Assembly: GCA_022813965.1 (NCBI GenBank)
Contig: JALDZS010000006.1
Location: 124,001 to 188,000, forward strand
From: Toensbergia leucococca
Lineage: Eukaryota
Length of the DNA stretch: 64,000 bases
Direction: 5' to 3'
The notes under the pieces are model-generated. The model was not told the origin of the DNA. It saw only the letters and a list, made by a program, of their open reading frames with translations, and did not search any database. Below are positions 50,349 through 63,177 of this stretch, piece by piece; the stretch's first letter is position 1, and each line of letters begins with the position of its first letter. A program made the translations under genes and the position numbers.

Positions 50349-51320
50349 ATGGAGCGCAATGGCTTTTGTATTCTCTTTGCCTTCTTCTGTACTACCTTTT
50401 CTTCCAGCTTCACCGCAGTGAGTCAAGCCATTTTCATTTCCTCTTCGAGTCTTTTTTATACGGCACTTAATTGCGCTTCTAGGCCTTGCCCTAGCTCTCT
50501 ATTCAAAAGCGGCCGGAAAATCATGGAAAACATCAATTGAGCCCCTATTCTGGACATGACCGGTACCATGTCAAAGACAAATCATACCCATCTGGTGCGA
50601 CGCTGATACGGCTGGACCACTATGCATGCGATTCAGGAAAGCCACGTGGTAATGAAACATAAGTCGGAGCCACTAGATCATGCGGATATATTGAGTCTAG
50701 CCAGCGTTGTGCCAATATTTAGCGTTTCTGAGCCGATCCGGCTTGAAAACAGCAAAGCCCAAAGGTACTTTATCGGTCTTCGGGCCATTTTTTGCTTTGG
50801 AATTGTGGCCAAAGCCTCTCGGCCTCTCTCAAGGCCTAGGTGCAGCCGATATAGTAAGTTGGAGAACGCTCACAACGAAATTCGACTCTGTGCATTGTAG
50901 GAATAGATGCACTTCAAATTGCAATGCTGTTGCTGAATGCGGCAAGGCCGTTTTTCTCAACAGCAAGACATGTCTTCTGAATACCTGTTGCATTCAATGC
51001 AGCTTCGTGAGTAGACATACACCTAAACAGTCTGCGAGAACATTTGTGGAACTATAGAGCACTTCTGTACCGATATCCTTAATCGGACCGCCGCAGTGGG
51101 CAGCCTTTTCAGGATAGAGTCATTGAGTCTTCATTCCTAAAATCGCACTGACCGATTTGCCTCATGACGCGCTCATAAACATCAATCTCGCATTTGTATG
51201 TGTTGATGCAAAGTAATACCAAGTCACAACAATGGATACTATCATCCACGACCTCCTTTTCCAATCTATCGCTGATCTTCGAAGCCTGACCTCAAAATAT
51301 TCATCAGTATTGGTGAATGA
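50349..51320 (+). pseudogene. Decayed GH18 chitinase, N-terminal part (chitin-binding modules plus start of TIM barrel)
   Basis: Hevein/CBM18-like CTSNCNAVAECG..KTCLLNTCCIQCSF (~50908-51007); GH18 strands LININLAFVCVDAK*Y and KPDLKIFISIGE*T (consensus IGGWTF) with stops and frameshifts. Confidence 0.85.
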
Positions 51321-51439
51321 ACTATTCACTGCTTACCTACGATGAGCCGCTAGCAAAGCTCATATTGATCACTGACACCACCAACTGCAACTCCTCTATC
51401 TGCTTCTCCTCCAGAGTCAGACACTTCCTGCATTGAATG

Positions 51440-52595
51440 ATTTGATACAGATCCAGGCTACTGACGTCGACACTACAAACAACCACAAACGAGATGTCAA
51501 AACACCTTGCAGTGGCGAAGGTAGAGCAGCGAGCTAAGGGACAAGGGTACACAGTAAAACTGCTTGGCGACATGACCATGGAAATCTTCGCAGCGACCTA
51601 TCCGGTTGCAAGTCGTTTGTGGGCGGGCCCTGCTGGACACCAGGCTCTGCGTTCCGTCTTCAACATTCCTGTAGACGATATTTCGGCCACGCAAATAAAA
51701 GAAAGCGTTGTCTCACAAGGGCCGAATCCATCAGTACCTCAAGGGATTACCTGGCAAACAGAACACCCGATTGATGTGGGCAATATCCTTGCGTAGAACG
51801 TATCCAGAGGCTGAACTCTTTTAGCGCAGCATCATCGCACGCTATATCAACACAGCCAATACAGGGCTACTTCAATCTGGTGCACCCACCAGAACGCGGC
51901 CGATTCCGAATGATTTTTGGTTGAATGTTTGGAGGGAGGGACAAGCGACATTGAGAAACCTCCCAAATGTCGGATCTGGCATTAGCCCGGACGTGCCTAG
52001 TGATCGAGTGTTCCATGCAACGGGCTCTACTGAGAATTGTCGAGACTTGATTCTTACAGACAGCCAAATTAGTGGTCGTAAAGGCCGTATATTTGTTTTG
52101 AGAGCGCCGACACAAATGGACGTCTTCCAAAGAATAGCAGATACCGCCGCTCGCACTGGCGTAAACTCAGATGCTCAGGTGATGCTCCACCATATACGAG
52201 CTGTAAGCATCCAATTCTTCCCTTGATGAAGGCCTCACTAATACGTCTATGACGGGCAGGCTCTAGCAGTCTTCAATTACCTGCGCACCCCAGGAGTTTC
52301 AGTACGATTTAAAAGGGTACGAGACGAAATTCGGATCCAGTTAAGAATCATTGAGAACAATGTTTCTGGCGCCGCTGGCCTGTCTTCCTTGTGGGACGAA
52401 TTCACAGACGATTACTTCCAAAGCATAGCCGCTAAGGCCCAGGAATGGCTAATCGACGCAATCCTCGTCGCGCGTAGAGCCTTTACGGATACGCGAGACG
52501 CCAATGGGAACCCGCCACCGAATACTGCCGAAGTCATGGCAGAATTGAGCGGTCTTCAGTCGAAGATTCAGAATGTTGCATTGCCGGGAGTGTGA
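51440..52595 (+). pseudogene. Fragmented C-terminal domain, probably of the same large chitinase (toxin-like accessory domain)
   Basis: Consecutive ORF pieces with EHPID, RVFHATGSTEN..L....ISGRKGRIF and LWDEFTDDY..I..KAQEWL, resembling C-terminal extensions of subgroup C chitinases; stop at 51794 and frame changes. Confidence 0.55.
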
Positions 52596-52849
52596 TTGGC
52601 TCAGTTGCACACACCCACCAGCGAAGAGTGAAATCATAACAAAATGTCACCAGTGTCTATTAACATCATCGTACTCTGAGAGGCAAGTGATACTCCATTT
52701 GTTGTTTTCATCCGGCTGGTGCCAGAATCCGCTAAGCATTTTCATCAACCGTCGGCTGCATCAACACGACGGCAGTGTGTGCAATTGAATCGTCCTAGCC
52801 AAAGCCGGTGATTTTTCCTCGGAAAACTCGTCGAAACTGCTATACATAG

Positions 52850-53807
52850 CTAGACACTTTCAAACTCGCGCCTCTCATTCTCGTCCTTTGCAACTCGTCT
52901 CACAGTCCACACCCACAAATCCTCCTGCTTCTCCGCCACTTGGCTGGCCTCGCTTGACGGTATTGGGTTTCTCCCTTCGTAATACTTACCACTGACCGCC
53001 TTCACATCGTCTCCTACCGTCAACCGTACAAATGATGCCCCCGATTCCGAGGCTTATGGACGTTTGGAGAGATGAAGATTCGCAGCAGCCAAATGGTCCG
53101 CGCCATAACTTGGTGCCAAATAAATTGTTTAAGAGCTGGACATTCTCTCCCCAAGCCGGTCCCAGGCATCAAACCAGGGTCGAAAGCGTTGACCGTCCAC
53201 TTCTTGCTTGGAGTTTTACCAGTCGTCTCTGCAAATCATACGCCCATAAAACGTTGCAGAGCTTGCTCGTGGCGTAGTATTGTCTCCCGTCATATTTCTC
53301 AGTCTCCTTGGTGGGTTGGGCTAATTCCTCGGCCGAATTGCATATGGTGTTCTCAAGTCCAGACTTCTTCGCTGGATCATGGGCCCTACTGGCAGTGATG
53401 AAAATACGTGCCTCTTCAGCAAGGTATGGGCTTATGGGGCAGAAAAGCAGAGCATGTCCGACGTGATTGACTGCGAAGGTGGACTCGATATGGTCTTCGG
53501 TATAGTTAAGACAGAAAATCTGCAACCCAGCGTTAAAAACAAGAGCTTTGATCGGTGGGTAGCCCTTTTCCGCGTAGTCTGTGGCGCAGGAGCGGACTTT
53601 GGCCAGACTGGATAAGTCAAGTTTGAGACACTCAACATTACTGTGACCTGTTCTCTGGTTGATTGAAACGGCAGCGTTGTCCTTGTCGGTGCGCGAGACG
53701 ACCAGGACTTGATACTGGGGGCATTGCTGGGCGATTCTCATTGAACATTCGTAACCCAAGCCTGCGGTACCACCAGTCACAAGAACTGTACCAGTTGCTT
53801 TGGATAT
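52850..53807 (-). pseudogene. Short-chain dehydrogenase pseudogene
   Basis: VLVTGGTAGLG, LDLSSL, FNAG, YATSK. The expected ATG reads ATA (caaccATAtcc, 53807-53805). Frameshifts before KKWTVNAFDPGLMPGTGL (~53210) and before KQEDLW (~52965). Confidence 0.88.
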
Positions 53808-53959
53808 GGTTGAGAATCTGCCAAGGTGCTGCTAGAATTTCACGATATTGCCCCTTTTTATTAGTCAACGGACGTCATCTTAGAAATCGCGAATTCGACC
53901 CAATATCGATTCGAGAGCTGACCTTCTCTGGCCGAGGAAATCGATGGCGCATTTTGGTG

Positions 53960-54953
53960 TCCTGATATGCGTGCCGGAAAATTGGGGTAAAATATGCTCA
54001 GGGAGCAGAAAGCCATGAGGGAGAAGGGCATTCGATCCTTCGACAAAATCAGGCCCAATTTGTTAGTGTTGCAGACTGACAGCTCGAAGCTAATGTTCGG
54101 ACTTTCGAGCAGCGAATACGAAGGACTCGCGAGTTCTGTCACCCATCTTATTCACAATGCATGGCCCATGAGTGCAAAGCGCCCTTTAGCCGACTTTGAG
54201 TCGCAATTCCAGATCATGCGCAATCTGATTGATTTTGCTTGCAATGTCGTGTCTCGGCGTCCAGGGTGCTTCAATTTCAGTTTCCAGATGGTGTCTTCCA
54301 TCGGCGTCGTTGGCCACTACGGCCTTGGTAATGGCGAGGAGAAAACCATGGTGCACGAAGAGAGAGTCGGCGTCGACTCGTTGCTGCCAAACGGCTACGG
54401 AGACGCAAAGTGGGTATGTGAGAGGATGCTCGATAAGACTCTACATAAGAATCCTGACCGATTCCGCACGATGGCTGTCCGTCTGGGGCAGATCGCTGGT
54501 TTCAAGACCATCGGAACGGAATCAAACGGAGCATCTCAGATTTATGTTCAAGTCGTCGCAGACATTGAACGCCTTGCCGGACGTAGGCGGTACTGTCTAC
54601 TGGACTCCGGTCAACGATGTAGCCGGTGCATTGTCTGACCTGGTTCTCTCTGATTCCACGCCCTACCCTATCTACCACGTCGAGAACTCAGTCGGCCAGC
54701 CGTGTCGCGAGATGAATGCCACTCTGGCAGACTGGATCGAACACGTGCGAGCGGGACCGCAGCGAAACAACCCAGCTGCGACTCTCCTAGACTTCTTGGA
54801 CAGCAACTACCTACGAATGTCTTGCGGCGGCTCGTTCTGGACGTGAAAAACGCTTTTGAGCATTTAAAGATCCTTTCTGCCGTTGGGCCAGTAAGTGAGG
54901 AGGTGACTAGAAAATACATTCATATTTGGAAAGAGATTGGGTTCTTGCACTAA
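53960..54953 (+). pseudogene. Orphan thioester-reductase (R/NAD_binding_4) domain of a non-reducing PKS, frameshifted
   Basis: THLIHNAWPMS, FESQF..MRNLIDFA, SSIGVVG, GYGDAKWVCERML, VRLGQIAG, then KSSQTLNALPD, WTPVNDVA, YLRMSCGG and YIHIWKEIGFL spread over three frames. No KS/AT/ACP upstream. Confidence 0.87.
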
Positions 54954-55781
54954 TAGACCCACTCCAAATAGACGTGTGTAATGGTATGACCTCTGACTCT
55001 TGACTAATCATGAGCCATGTTCTCCCTTCCCAGTTCTTGGATTGTGACCTAGTAATGTTGTACCTATTCCCTCTTACCTCCATGACCTATCCAGACTCTG
55101 ACGACGTTGAGGAAGAGGGTAATACGGTACTCGAAGTCGGAGGGCCGATAGAGAAGCCCATAGGTGACGGCGCAGCTGATCATTTGGTCCCGAAGAAGCC
55201 GTGCATCGTCTACACGCAGGTGATGAGGTATGATAGTGAGGATCGGTCAATTGGTATGATCCTGAACCAATCGATTTGGTAACCCGAATAGGTGCTGCAC
55301 ATTCTATACGATCCGGTCGCAATTTCCCTAGCAGAGCTGGTTTTGGTGATACTAAATCAGATGGTATAATACTTGATACTCGTGGCTTTGACACATGGTT
55401 TTGTATGCTTGCAATTCGCCAGGGATTCATGCAATTTCATGCGCAAAACTGTCACTTTATCTCCATGCAATTCGGAGGCGGCTCAGGAGCCCTGAATCGT
55501 GCTTAGATGACGAATATCTGGTGTCGGAGATGTAAAGTCATTAGTATGAGAATGTGTCACATTATCTGCATGCAAATGCAGGTGGCAGGGTACTCGAAGC
55601 CCAAGGATTATCGTAGAGATTTCTGTGCTCTTCTCTCGCCAAGACATGCAGCGAAATGACAAGCGGCCGATGACAAATGACGTTTGCACATTGTTCTACT
55701 CCGTACAGAGTACAACTTCCTCCAATTCCGCCTCCAGCACTCCCTAAGGAACAATTGAATTATCACAGTATACTCGTAAGA

Positions 55782-57831
55782 ATGGTATTAGCAAAGTCGA
55801 AAAATGCTGTGGGGCTGGGCAATAGCCTCATGAATGACCGCTTTGGTAGAGGTAAAGGTGCAGACCGCAAGAAAGTCTCGGAAGGCATTCATAGGACAGA
55901 TCCTAATGGTGACACGGTACCTACTTTTCATTTCTCATCTAGAGCTCATCGAATCTAACTCCTGATAGTATGTCACTAGCGGCCCTAAAGAAGCATCATG
56001 GGTCAAAATGCGGAGTGTTACTGAGCAGGCAGCCCTCGAGGAGTTTCTCAGCACTGCCGAACTGGCGGGCACAGATTTCACAGCAGAGAAGACGAACAAT
56101 GTCAAGATCATACACACAGATCAACGGAATCCCTATTTGTTATCAGCAGCCGAAGAGAGGTCAGCTGTAAAGAAGCAAATGGCTAATAAAAACCGCTTGA
56201 CCGTGCCGAGACGTCCACCTTGGGATCAGACCACTACGCCCCAGGAACTGGATAAGAGGGAAAGAGCTAGTTTACTGGAATGGAGAAGGGGCCTGGCTGA
56301 ATTGCAAGAAAGCAACGATCTGTTGATGACGCCTTTCGAGAGGAATCTTGAAGTATGGAGGCAATTGTGGAGGGTTATTGAGCGCTCTGATCTAGTAGTA
56401 CAAATTGTCGATGCGAGGAACCCCCTGCTTTTCCGTTCAGAGGATCTAGAGAATTATGTGAAAGAAGTGGATCCGAGGAAGAACAATCTCCTGTTAGTGA
56501 ACAAGGCCGATATGATGACTTTGACACAGAGGGACACTTGGGCACATTATTTTGAACAGGTCGGTATCAATTACAAGTTCTTCTCTGCTTCGTTGGCTAA
56601 AGAGATGAATGAATCGAGGGTGTTGGAGGATGGCTCCGAGGTAGAGGATGACTCCGAGGTAGAGGATGACTTCGTGGCAGAGGCAGACATTGCGGAAGAC
56701 GTTAGCAAGGAAGAGGACAAAATCGCAGAGGAAGCTCGAAAGTTAAACATACAAGATCATGAAGATGAAGAAGAGCAATGGGCCAGTGAAGAGGATATTG
56801 ATTATGGCGATCGGCGAACACGCATTTTGACAGTAGATGAGCTCGAGGCCTTGTTCCTCGAGAATGCACCAAAGCTTGAAGACACAGACTCGGAGCACCC
56901 GCGCAAGACCCAGATTGGGTTGGTTGGGTATCCTAATGTTGGGAAGTCATCCACCATCAATGCTTTGATCGGCGCAAAGAAGGTCTCGGTATCATCAACA
57001 CCAGGCAAGACGAAGCACTTCCAAACCATTCATCTTAGCCCTGATGTGATATTGTGCGATTGTCCCGGTCTCGTGTTTCCCAACTTTGCAACTACCAAAG
57101 CTGAGCTTGTCTGCAATGGTATCCTGCCGATTGACCAACTCCGAGAGTTCACTGGACCTGCTGGCCTTGTGGCTCAACGCATTCCGCAATCTTTCTTCGA
57201 GGCACTATATGGCATCAAGATCCATACACGGCCTTTAGAAGAAGGAGGTACTGGATTACCAACGGCAGAGGAGGTTCTGGTTGCTTATGCAATCGCTAGG
57301 GGCTTTACAAAGACCGGACAAGGTCAGCCTGATGAGTCGAGAGCAGCACGCTATGTGCTAAAGGACTACGTTATGGGGAAGTTACTTTTCTGTCACCCGC
57401 CACCCAACTACCCCGCTATCAATCCTCGAGATTTCAATCGAGAGCTTTACGACATGGAACATCTTCCACAAAAGCGGCGTGCAGTCCTTGCTACCCAAGC
57501 AGAAGCGTCTATATCGGGCTCAGAGGATCCATCACTAATGGATGACTTAGAAAGTCTACCTGCACCCTTGGTTCAGGGCGAGAAATCAACGAGGCTTGAT
57601 AAAAGATTTTTCGGACCTGGGCAAGCAAGTGCTGGTCACTTGACAATGCCTTTCAACCACAAGTATAGCGAGCAAGGGAAGACGGCGGGAAAGCAATTGT
57701 CAGGGAGAAAGCAGCGAGCGATGATAGCTTTGGAAAAAAACGTTGATCCTGCAGAGGTAAGACTGATGAATAGTAAGAAGCACTACAAAGGTGGACGGAG
57801 ACCGACCAAGTCAACTTTGGAAGAGGTTTGA
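55782..57831 (+). CDS. LSG1: Large subunit GTPase LSG1; exons 55782-55916, 55969-57831
   Basis: GLGNSLMNDRF, TPFERNLEVWRQLWRVIERSD, DARNP, NKAD, GYPNVGKSS, DCPG. Confidence 0.97.
56626..56670 (+). repeat. 18 bp tandem repeat in the LSG1 acidic insert (EDGSEV EDDSEV EDD)
   Basis: gaggatg.ctccgaggta x2.5. Confidence 0.85.
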
Positions 57832-58208
57832 ACAGTGCTTTAGCTATATCATTGTCTTGCGTTTTAGTATTGTATGACGGTTCTTCAGCTTTGTGCAGAT
57901 GTACCCATTAGATACCCATATTATTTTTGAGTTGATTTCCTCGTCTGTCAATGATGATCCTAGTAGAGATCCTTGATGAACAGAATCTTGTGCTTGAAAT
58001 TGAATACTAATGTGGACTGTCAAGAGACTTAGGGCTGGCTGCAGACCCTGGTCCAGATTGGACCGAGGTAAATACTTGACATTGTGGGGTAAATTTGCAA
58101 TTGTAACCTCCGCGCGAGCGGCGAATGCTCTTCGACTTGCATACATTGCTTGATTATCGAACTCCTGAGTTTAGCGGTCGATTTCACATTCAAGATACAG
58201 CATCAATT

Positions 58209-59769
58209 ATGTCAAAAAGTGATTTCAGCCAAAAGCTACTCGCCAGCAGCAGCAGACCTCAGACCGCCGCCGAGAAGATCCCCATCATTGCTCGTTTTGC
58301 TGTCAGTGAACGTGCAAAGGAGACTCTCAACCTGGTAAGACCTCATTTCAGTACTTCCACTATATTTCAAGCTCATATCCTATATCGTTAGGTCGAGAAA
58401 TTCGTCGAGGAAGAATGCATTCCTGCAGATGTTGTCTACCACTCCCAGCTCGGCGAAGGCGAGAAGAGATGGACCACGTACCCGTCCATAATCGACGATG
58501 TAAAGGCTAGGGCGAAGAAGCTTGGGCTGTGGAACATGTTCTTGCCTAAAAACCATTTCAAGGAAGGCGCCGGCTTCTCCAATTTGGAGTATGGCTTGAT
58601 GGCAGAATACCTCGGAAAATCGAGAATAGCGTCTGAGGTATGCTTGCACCCTGCCAACCTCTTCAGTCTTGAAGAGCGCCAACCAAGCCTTTCAGGCAAC
58701 CAACTGCGCCGCACCAGATACAGGGAATATGGAGGTTCTTGCCAAATACGGCAGTGACGCCCAGAAAAGAGAGTGGCTCGCCCCGTTATTAGATGGGAAA
58801 ATCAGATCAGCTTTCTTGATGACAGAGCCGAATGTAGCGTCGAGTGACGCAACAAACATCACCATGACAATGAGAAGGGAAGGTGACGAATACGTCCTCA
58901 ATGGCTCGGTACGCATCCTACCCTTTCAGCCTTTCAGACTTCAACCCCTATTAACATCATCAAAGAAATGGTGGAGCAGTGGAGCTGGTGACCCAAGATG
59001 CAAACTTTACATTGTCATGGGAAAAACCGATGCTAGCAATAAGGACGTCTACAGGCAGCAATCCGTGATACTCGTCCCCGCCGGCACAAAAGGCATTAGA
59101 GTTAAGCGCATGCTATCCGTCTATGGCTACGATGACGCTCCACACGGCCACGGCCATCTGATCTTTGAAAATGTCCGCGTCCCAGCCTCCAACATGGTTC
59201 TCGGCGAAGGCAGCGGCTTTGAAATCATCCAAGGCCGCTTGGGACCCGGCCGCATCCACCACGCCATGCGCTCTATCGGCGCAGCAGAGAAAGCTCTAGA
59301 ATGGATGCTGGCTCGTATTAACGACCCAGAAAAAAAGACTTTCGGTAAGCAACTCAATGAACACGGCGTCATCCTCGAATGGGCTGCAAAATCACGCCTC
59401 GAAATCGACGCCGCCCGCCTCATCGTGCTGAACGCGGCCATCAAAATTGATGAATCAAATGCCAAGGGTGCGCTGAAAGAAATTGCGGAAGCAAAAATAA
59501 TGGTGCCGAATATGGCGCTGACAGTCATCGATCGTGCAGTGCAGAGTTTTGGCGCTGCAGGCATATGTCAGGACACGCCGTTAGCGAATGCGTGGGCGCA
59601 GATTAGGACGTTGAGAATTGCGGATGGGCCGGATGAGGTGCATTTACAGCAAATGGGCAAGAATGAAAATAAGAGGGGAAAAGATGTTAGGGCGAAGCTG
59701 GATAGGCAGCAGGAAGCTGGTGAGAAGCTATTGAGAACATATGGGCTGCAGGCGAAGTCGAGATTGTGA
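58209..59769 (+). CDS. Acyl-CoA dehydrogenase (ACAD10/11-like) with PTS1 -SRL, 4 exons
   Basis: [59 protein letters not shown]; ends QAKSRL. Confidence 0.95.
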
Positions 59770-60322
59770 TGTACTCATAGGACATATGGTGTCATTAGCC
59801 TCGTCCTGATTCTACAGGTCTTTATTGTATACGCCTGTGAGTGGACTAACTCCTACATATGCTTCGAATTTCATTTGGCTATGATCCAGTCGATCGTTTA
59901 TGTGGCGGTCTTCGCGGCTTCTTCCGCAACAAGTCATTAATGGTCTCCCTACGATAGAGGCGGGCGTCGATCCAAGTCATAAGTCGGAAAGCAACGATGG
60001 AGGATTTGAAAGATGACTCGCTGAGACTGAAACATGCATGCATCAGCATCTTTGACTTTTACTCACCGCCGCCCATCGAAATCGAGCTGTTCAGACGACT
60101 ATTGAGAACATAGCAATCTAAGCAAGCTAAAGGAAACATTTATGGGCAATGACCAGGTTACAGAACTCGATGAATGATTGCCCGATCTCCGATGGTTATC
60201 GAGGAACAGCATGCTGTGTTCATCTGTGATGAGTGGAGTCATTCTTGCAAGAAAGGGGCTTATGATGCAAGGGCCTTATATGCTGACTCTTCCCTGTTCG
60301 TGTCGAAAGAAATCTCCTCATC

Positions 60323-61541
60323 ATGGCCTTTACCAGTATCCCGAATGAAATCTTGACTATCGTTGTCTCTTATCTTGACAATCCTGATCTACTTCAGGTA
60401 GCCTTGGTGTCCAAGCCTGTAAAAATGCTGTTGAACCCATTCTCTACCATAGCATCGCTTTGGAACTACGCTCATCAAGTCAACTTTCTATACAACGCTT
60501 TTTCAACTCGGCCAGACCCTAACAAGATATCTGCATCTACGTTATCATGTCACTACATTTAGTCTCTCAAGTGTCGAAGTTGAGCCTGCTGTCTGTTTCC
60601 AAGACATGGTCGATCTCATGCCACATTTGCGAGACCTATCAATCACCGCTCCTGAAATCGACGTAAAGCTTTCTTCCCTGCCACAACTCGAGTCACTGCA
60701 CCTCGACTTCTCCAAAGCTCAATGTGCACTAGGCGATGAGTTGATTAAATCAACAAAAGCTGTGGCTCCTCACTTTATGCTTCCCAGTCTTGGATATCTG
60801 CAATTGCACGGTCTCACCCTAGACCAGGATGGATTAGAGTTGAACCAACTCTTTCCCAAAGAAAGATATCGCAGATCACCAATTACCACCCTCCGCGTGA
60901 TGGAATGCAGCGATGCGAGCCTTGACATGTTATCAACCATCCTACTCTCCATAAATGCTCTGAAACGCCTGACGCTCGAGGTCTACTTGCCTGATTTCGA
61001 TAGCAGAACACTGCGGGAACTGACTCCCAATACCATAGATGAAGCAATTCGTCCTCATCTAAGTACACTGACAGAATTGATCATTGTTGGCAGGTGGACT
61101 GCTGATGACCTGGACGAAATGATGTTCTTCAAAAGCTCCATCTTCGAAACCCTTTTTGCTTACAACAAAATCAAAAGATTGGGTATCCCGGAACCGTACC
61201 TGGCACATGAAGACAGCCTCACATTCCACGAATGGTTGCCTCCTCAAATCGAAGAGTTACAACTGCAATACCAGATCGGGTTTGACGCTACCGATGCGAC
61301 GGACGAGCTCATGCATGCAATAAAAAGAATGGAACGTTTGGCGGAAAACAAAAATGTATGTTTACCGGCATTGCGGCGGGTGATATGGTGGACTCTTGAT
61401 TCTGAGGACGAGGCAGAGTCTGATGAAGCCGGCATGGATCGACTGACTGGTATATTTGAGGACGTGGGCGTTAGATTCGACTGGCTTTCAACGTTTGAGT
61501 ATTCTAGTACCCCCTTTGGCCAGAGTGGAGGGAGGGCTTAA
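60323..61541 (+). pseudogene. F-box / LRR-like protein, apparently frameshifted in its 5' part
   Basis: F-box start MAFTSIPNEILTIVVSYL..DLLQVALVSK continues as ACKNAVEPILYHSI in a second frame, then enters the 311-aa LRR-like ORF (LPPQIEELQL) in a third frame. Confidence 0.65.
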
Positions 61542-62404
61542 GTGCTTATCCTGCAATATATGGATGCGGTATGAAATCCAAGGACGATACGAGTAGTTGA
61601 GGACGAAGTTGTCAGGAAAAGGGAAGGAGACATGGGAGTATTTTCAGCGATAATGCCAGATGGGGAGAAGTAATTGGTCCGAGATGAATGCCTAGGCATG
61701 CGTCTCCAACCTATACCTCCTCGATCATGTATGCACGTGGTATGCTATGCGATCCGCTTGAGTATTGGTATCATATCCATATTCAGACGTGTTTTCACTA
61801 ATCCACTTCCTGTGATGAACGAATCGTACCTGTAAATTAGACACTTGGACCATCTCTTCTGTAAGCCTAGATATTAACGAAGCCTTGCTTCTATGTGTGC
61901 AAATTTGGCTACTCTTCCTTACTTTCTAATCTATCAAAACCCAGTCCCGAAAAGTGAAAAACTCAGCACAGCTGCAAAAGCCAGACTCATCACAAAACAG
62001 TGGTCCATCATACTTATCAAACCATCATCCGTAGATAGGTTGATCTCAAAGTACGGATAATATGATGCTATGCTGTCGTAAAATCAAGAAAATATAGAAT
62101 ATCGTCCGAGAATATTCTGATAAAAGACTCGGTTGCCCCTCACAACCAGATCATCAACACACACTCCCCGCCCTCCAACACCCCTTTCCCCCACCACTGA
62201 AACCCGAAACCCTCACTACAAAACCCAAACGCCTTCCCAAACCCATCTTCCCAATCACTCCCTCACCTCCTTCCTACCACAACAACAAACCCAACCCACC
62301 CCAACCAAACCCACCACCCACATCCTCTCGCAACCCCACCCACGTCCTCCTCTCACAACCACACACCACCCCCCCCCCCCCAAAAAAAACCAACAACAAA
62401 AAAA

Positions 62405-63177
62405 ATGTCAACCCCAAACCCCCTCTCACCCCGCTCCCTCAACACCCCCACCCCACCCACCACCACAACCGCCTCTCCCCCCTCCCCACAACCCAGCACC
62501 AAAGAACCCCAGCAACAGAACAACGCAGGCGCCGAGCCCCAAAAAACAATGGCCTACCACCGCCAAGTCCTGCAGAGCAAACTCAGCCAAGACAGGTGAA
62601 TCCTCTCCTCCCCCACCCACAATCCAAACCTCCCATTTCACCAACTCATCCCCCTTCCCCCCTCTTCAACCAACCCATATCCTTGGAAAGGATGATCTAT
62701 GAAAATGAAGAAGAGAGAAGGCTTTGCTGATAGGTGGGAAATATTTGTTGTGTTATAGTGATAAACAAAATTACGTCTCGCCCTCCGATACGATAATGTC
62801 GCCCTGCACGGCCAAGCTCTCGGCGTACAAGAGCAAGCATTTTGGGAAGTGAGTCCTTTCTCTCTTTCTCTTTCCTTCATCCCCGTCTCCCCCCGCCTTC
62901 CCCCTTTTCCCCCTCGGCCTCACAACATTACCTCTCGATACAAAACCCAGCATCAACTTGACCCTTCCATAACACAATTCCATCACCCCCCCCCCCCACA
63001 CACCTCTAGAGATGGGGAAAGAGTTGGAGGGCTGATTGATTTGGTTTGTTTGTTTTTGGCTACAGAGCGAAACCGCAGTCTTTGTTTGCGAAGACGGCGA
63101 GTAAGGGCCTGGAGGGCGGGAAGGATGGGGTGAATGAGAAGGAGGGTGGGGAGGTGGGGGGAGAGAAGAAGATTTGA
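62405..63177 (+). CDS. Spo12-family protein; exons ~62405-62595, 62760-62848, 63066-63177
   Basis: MAYHRQVLQSKL then YVSPSDTIMSPCTAKL (Spo12 signature) and KAKPQSLFAK. Confidence 0.88.

Noticed and set aside
55010..55506. Short ORFs between the R-domain relic and LSG1
   Set aside because: No family signature in any frame I examined.
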